Origin: an uncultured Gemmatimonadaceae bacterium
GTDB taxonomy: Bacteria > Gemmatimonadota > Gemmatimonadetes > Gemmatimonadales > Gemmatimonadaceae
Assembly (NCBI GenBank): GCA_963761305.1
Contig: CAVXGK010000002.1
Location: 2,048,001 to 2,112,000 of the forward strand
Length of the DNA stretch: 64,000 nucleotides
Direction: 5' to 3'
Both the position numbers and the translations under genes were made by a program. The notes beneath the pieces were generated by a model. The model was not told where the DNA came from and searched no databases. It saw only the letters and a program-made list of their open reading frames with translations. Shown one piece after another: positions 59,986 to 64,000 of this stretch. The stretch's first letter is position 1, and the number at the start of each line of letters is the position of its first letter.

Positions 59986-60351
59986 CCGCAACAACAACAC
60001 AACCTCGACCGCGTCTTCGCCACCCTCGCCGACCCGACCCGTCGCGCGATCATCGCGCGCCTCGCCGGAGTGGAGAGCTTGTCGGTCAGTGCCCTCGCCG
60101 AGCCGTTCCCCATCAAGCTGCCCGCCGTCATGAAGCACCTCGACGTGCTCGGCGACGCCGGTTTGATCACACGCACCAAACGCGGACGCACCGTCGACGT
60201 GCGTCTGTCGGCCCGCCCACTTCGTGGACCCAGCGAGTGGCTGCGCGCGTACGAGCGGTTTTGGGCGCCGGCCCTCGACCGCCTCGCCGCATATGCCGAA
60301 CGCAAAGAGACGGAGACGCGCGCCGTCGAAGCTCGGCGAAGGTCCCGATGA
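59974..60351 (+). CDS. ArsR/SmtB family regulator
   Basis: FATLADPTRRAII, AVMKHLDVL..AGLI. Confidence 0.93.
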   Translation: MVNYPQQQHNLDRVFATLADPTRRAIIARLAGVESLSVSALAEPFPIKLPAVMKHLDVLGDAGLITRTKRGRTVDVRLSARPLRGPSEWLRAYERFWAPALDRLAAYAERKETETRAVEARRRSR

Positions 60352-60818
60352 ACAGCGTGACTCTCTGGCGACGCATCGTGGCACGTCCGTCGATCGTCTT
60401 CGACGCGCTGACGACGGCCGAAGGCGTCGCCGCGTGGTGGGGACCTGACGAGCTGCCAGTTGTGCGCGCGGACGTCGACGCACGAGTTGGCGGCACCTAC
60501 CGCGTGCGCTTTCGCACGCTCGACGGCCGCGAACACGAGGTCTGCGGCACGTTCCTCGAGATCATCGCCCCGCGCCGAATCGTCATGACGTATCTCTACA
60601 CATTCGGCGGCGAGCCCGACGAGTTCGGTCGAACCTCGCGCGTGGAGATCGATCTGGTGCCGTTTGCCGGCGGAACGGACCTCACGCTCAGCCACGCCGA
60701 TCTCACGAGCGAGACGTCGGAAAGGAGCCACGCCGGCGGCTGGGGCGGCGCGTTGGACAAGCTCGTTCGATTCATGGAACTCCCCGGCGTATCGGCCAAC
60801 CTCATTTCGGAGGACTGA
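60348..60818 (+). CDS. SRPBCC/AHSA1 domain protein
   Basis: VFDALT..WWGP, DARVGG, HAGGWGGALDKL; ATGA overlap. Confidence 0.92.
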   Translation: MNSVTLWRRIVARPSIVFDALTTAEGVAAWWGPDELPVVRADVDARVGGTYRVRFRTLDGREHEVCGTFLEIIAPRRIVMTYLYTFGGEPDEFGRTSRVEIDLVPFAGGTDLTLSHADLTSETSERSHAGGWGGALDKLVRFMELPGVSANLISED

Positions 60819-60819
60819 C

Positions 60820-61599
60820 ATGATGATGCACTCGAGACGGCACTGGTTGCTCCGGCGCACGACGGCCGGGCAGACGAAGGCGATCGCCGCGGCGGTGATT
60901 GTCCTTTTATCTGCAATCGGGCAAACCAATAGCGCGCGCGCGCAGACCGAGCATCCTCGCTATCCGGTTGCCGCACCGATCGATCAATATCGGTCGAAAG
61001 ACGCGGCGGAAGAGATCGCGCTGGCACGAAGCGCGGCGCCACCATCGATCTCGGCGAACGCCGAGGTGCTCGTGCTCGGCGATCACGGGTACCAGACGGC
61101 CGTCAAGGGAACGAACGGGTTCGTCTGCTTCGTGCAGCGTTCATGGACCGCCGGCTTCGACGATCCCCAATTCTGGAATCCGAAAACGCGCGGCCCGAAC
61201 TGCTTCAACGCGGCCGCGGCGCGGACCGAGTTGCCGCAGGAGATGAAGCGCACCGAATGGGTGCTGTCGGGAGCCACCAGGCAAGAGTTGATGGAACGAA
61301 CGCGGGCCGCGTTCGCCAACCATACGTTCAAGACTCCCGAGCCGGGCGCGTTGACGTACATGCTGTCCAAGCGCGGCTACCTGGGTGACGATGCGGCCGG
61401 GCCATGGCTCCCACACCTCATGTTCTTCGTTCCGCACGGGCAAGCGGCGGCTTGGGGCGCGGGCTTGGACGGCTCGCCGATCATCGGCCGCGACGGCAGC
61501 GACATCGAGTCCACGACGCTGTTGGTCCCGGTGCGACGCTGGTCGGATGGGTCGCCGGCGCCTGCGCCCGCTCCCCTGGATAGCCACGCGAAGAAATGA
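60820..61599 (+). CDS. Exported hypothetical protein
   Basis: EIALARSAAPP, GTNGFVCFV, YMLS, PHLMF; GGAGGA RBS. Confidence 0.8.
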   Translation: MMMHSRRHWLLRRTTAGQTKAIAAAVIVLLSAIGQTNSARAQTEHPRYPVAAPIDQYRSKDAAEEIALARSAAPPSISANAEVLVLGDHGYQTAVKGTNGFVCFVQRSWTAGFDDPQFWNPKTRGPNCFNAAAARTELPQEMKRTEWVLSGATRQELMERTRAAFANHTFKTPEPGALTYMLSKRGYLGDDAAGPWLPHLMFFVPHGQAAAWGAGLDGSPIIGRDGSDIESTTLLVPVRRWSDGSPAPAPAPLDSHAKK

Positions 61600-61818
61600 A
61601 TGCCTTGGGCGCGGCAAACCAAGGGCTTTCCTCGCCAACGCTCCATGTCTTCTCGCCGCCGCGATTCGATTGTGGCGGACGTAGCGGTTCGCGCTCCCCT
61701 GTCCGCATTCGTCTTGCCGCGCTGCGGAGCGCTCAATAGACTCTCGACCGTGCATTCGCGAGCGGACCAGTATGCGTGGTGACACGAGGCTGGTTCCCGG
61801 CATTCTGAATCGCGAGAT

Positions 61819-62610
61819 CTGACGGAGAAGCCGATCAACCCGAAGCAGAACCTCATCGCACTCGGCTCGGCCGCGGTCATCGCGGTTTACGCAGCCGGCT
61901 TTGCGCGAACGCGGGGCGCGGCGGAGCGAATCGCGGAGGGGGAGGCGCGGCGTTCGGCGCGTCCTCCTCGGACGGCGTCGACAGACGTGGTCGCGCCGCG
62001 TCCACAAACCTCAGTAGCCTCGGTGCCGTCGGCTCCGGAATCCAGCGCGACGCCGAAGCGCCGAGCCCCGGCTGAGGGCACGCGCGCCAAGCGAAAGACC
62101 GAGCCATCCGCGACGCCGGTTCACGCCGATTCGACGGCTGTAGCGCAACCCGCAGCGCCGAGCGCGACCGCGCCAGTGACGCCCGTTCCCACGCCCGCAG
62201 CGGCGACCCCTGTTCCAGCACCGACGACCGCTGTTCCCGCGCCCGCGGCGGTAACGCCCCCGCCGACGCCCGCGCCGGCGCCGGCGCCGACGACAGCTGC
62301 TGCCGTGCCCTCGCCGGAAGCACCAACGCCGGCGGACACTAACCGCGTCGTGCTTCGAGACGGCGTGTATTCAGGTTGGGGAACCTCGCGGCACGGCGAC
62401 ATTCAGGCTTCGGTCGAGATCAAGGACGGACGTATCGTTTCGGCCACGATCGCGCAGTGCCTCACGCGGTACCCGTGTTCGTGGATTTCGGATTTGCCGC
62501 GACAGGTGGTGAAACGGCAGAGCCCCGAGGTCGATCTCGTATCCGGTGCCACGCAGAGCACGGACGCGTTTTACTCCGCTGTGGTCGAGGCGCTGAGCAA
62601 GGCGAAGTGA
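61819..62610 (+). CDS. Membrane-anchored FMN-binding protein (flavinylation substrate)
   Basis: Anchor NLIALGSAAVIAVYAAGF, Pro/Ala/Thr linker, DGVYSG, VDLVSGAT; no canonical start before the anchor (CTG 61819 assumed). Confidence 0.85.
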   Translation: MTEKPINPKQNLIALGSAAVIAVYAAGFARTRGAAERIAEGEARRSARPPRTASTDVVAPRPQTSVASVPSAPESSATPKRRAPAEGTRAKRKTEPSATPVHADSTAVAQPAAPSATAPVTPVPTPAAATPVPAPTTAVPAPAAVTPPPTPAPAPAPTTAAAVPSPEAPTPADTNRVVLRDGVYSGWGTSRHGDIQASVEIKDGRIVSATIAQCLTRYPCSWISDLPRQVVKRQSPEVDLVSGATQSTDAFYSAVVEALSKAK

Positions 62611-63617
62611 TCGAGGCCGGTGCCGGGCTCCAAGTCGTCGACCGCGACGCGTACGTGCAGCGCACGTCCCTCATGGGCACGGTCGTCACGATCATCGTCG
62701 TGCGGACGAGCGACGCCGAGCCGCCAAAGGGGGTGGAACAGCCAGCCGTCGAACGCGCGCTCGATTGGTTTCGTCAGGTTGAAGCAACCTGCTCGCGGTT
62801 CGACGCCGACAGCGAACTCTCACATCTCTGCGCCCCAGAGCGAGTCGGTACCCCGGTCACGGTTAGCGTATTGCTGTTGGAAGCGACGCGTTTCGCGCTC
62901 GCCCTCGCCGAGGAAACCCGCGGCGCCTTCGATCCGACGGTTGGGCATCGGATGGAGGCGGAGGGTTTCAACGTCGAGTACCGCACCGGCCAACAGCGCC
63001 GGACGTTCGATGACCGTCCACCCGTCCAGCCGTCCAGCAGTCCACCCGGCTATCGCCACATCCGCATCGACCCGGCGACCCGCACGATCACGCTGATGCA
63101 GCCGTTGCTGCTCGACCTCGGCGCGGTAGCCAAGGGATTGGCGGTGGATTTGGCGGCGCGCGAGCTCGGTGAGTTCGACCACTTCGCGATCGACGCCGGC
63201 GGCGACGTGTACGTGCGCGGCGGCACACGTGAAGACGCGTCGTGGAGAGTCGGCATACGGCACCCGCGAGATGCAACGCAGCTCATCGAGACGCTCGCGG
63301 TGACAGATGCGGCCGTGTGCACGTCGGGCGACTATGAGCGGCGCAACGCCGCGGGCCTCCACCACATGCTCGACCCGCGAACCGGCGCGTCCGCCGACGC
63401 GTGCGCGAGCGTGACCGTGATCGCGCCGACGGCGATGGTGGCCGACGGCCTATCGACGGCAGCGTTCGTGCTCGGTCCGCGCGACGGGCTTTCGCTCCTC
63501 GAAGCGAATGGAGCGCAGGGGCTCATCGTGACGCCGGCGCTGGAGCGGATGGAGACGCCGGGGTTCCGCGCGCTCGTGGCGCGCACGATCGCGGCCGACG
63601 GGATAGCTGCGCGATGA
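62607..63617 (+). CDS. apbE: FAD:protein FMN transferase
   Basis: LMGT, GAFDPTVG, DLGAVAKG, DAGGD, TSGDYER, HMLDPRTG, ADGLST. Confidence 0.95.
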   Translation: MIEAGAGLQVVDRDAYVQRTSLMGTVVTIIVVRTSDAEPPKGVEQPAVERALDWFRQVEATCSRFDADSELSHLCAPERVGTPVTVSVLLLEATRFALALAEETRGAFDPTVGHRMEAEGFNVEYRTGQQRRTFDDRPPVQPSSSPPGYRHIRIDPATRTITLMQPLLLDLGAVAKGLAVDLAARELGEFDHFAIDAGGDVYVRGGTREDASWRVGIRHPRDATQLIETLAVTDAAVCTSGDYERRNAAGLHHMLDPRTGASADACASVTVIAPTAMVADGLSTAAFVLGPRDGLSLLEANGAQGLIVTPALERMETPGFRALVARTIAADGIAAR

Positions 63618-64000
63618 GGGTGGGCCGGTTCTTCCGAACGCCGAAGGGACTTCTGCTCGTCGCGCTGACGGTAATCATGGTCGTCGCCACCCTGCACGAG
63701 GGCGTGGCGCAGGTGATGTCTGGGCTCACCGCCGCGATCATCGCGGGTGCGGGGCTCGACGCGGTGATTCTCCGAGTGCGGCGACGGCGATGGGTCTTTC
63801 CCGACGGAGCAATTCTCACCGGGATGCTGGTGGCGATGGTTCTGAGCCCGCGCGAGCGGTGGTGGGTTCCGGCGATCTCGACGATCGTTGGCGTCGTCGC
63901 GAAATACATCGTTCGCGTCGGCAAAGCGAACGTCTTCAATCCGGCGGCGCTGGGGCTCGTCGCGACGTTCTATATGTATGACACCGCGCAGAACTGGTGG
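63614..64000 (+). CDS. NqrB/RnfD-like membrane protein, partial
   Basis: ATGA overlap; MRVGRFFRTPKG, GAILTG, AKY..NVFNPAA; open to the window end. Confidence 0.88.
   Translation, partial: MRVGRFFRTPKGLLLVALTVIMVVATLHEGVAQVMSGLTAAIIAGAGLDAVILRVRRRRWVFPDGAILTGMLVAMVLSPRERWWVPAISTIVGVVAKYIVRVGKANVFNPAALGLVATFYMYDTAQNWW

Noticed and set aside
62100..62340. Repeat element in the FMN-binding gene
   Set aside because: It is a coding low-complexity Pro/Ala/Thr linker
1..64000. Prophage, IS element or intact anti-phage system
   Set aside because: No integrase, transposase, structural phage or intact defence genes recognised; only toxin-antitoxin and HEPN-like remnants

Overview
GC-rich bacterial DNA whose gene content suggests Gemmatimonadota or a similar soil lineage (inferred from ADOP permeases with an acidobacterial-type PadR, a BTAD regulator, a Ser/Thr kinase-PD40 fusion and WXXGXW proteins). 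About 50 CDSs, mostly envelope, transport, peptidase and redox functions. I recognised no rRNA, tRNA, CRISPR array, integrase or transposase. Most notable: (1) a cytochrome P450-fold protein with a twin-arginine signal and a non-canonical I-helix; (2) two near-duplicate multicopper oxidases whose copper motifs are in reversed order in a four-cupredoxin-domain layout, alongside a canonical laccase operon and a PHM-like copper monooxygenase candidate; (3) two Uma2 endonuclease genes sharing a ~150 bp leader with a sigma70 promoter, overlapping palindromes and an 8-codon upstream ORF; (4) 16-bp tandem arrays facing inverted copies in intergenic gaps; (5) several gene remnants (PemK/MazF, BrnA-like antitoxin, cytochrome c tail, internally deleted HEPN/Ymh domain) and frameshifts. 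The window ends in an ApbE/FMN-binding/RnfD-like flavinylation module. All family calls come from motif recognition by eye, not database searches.
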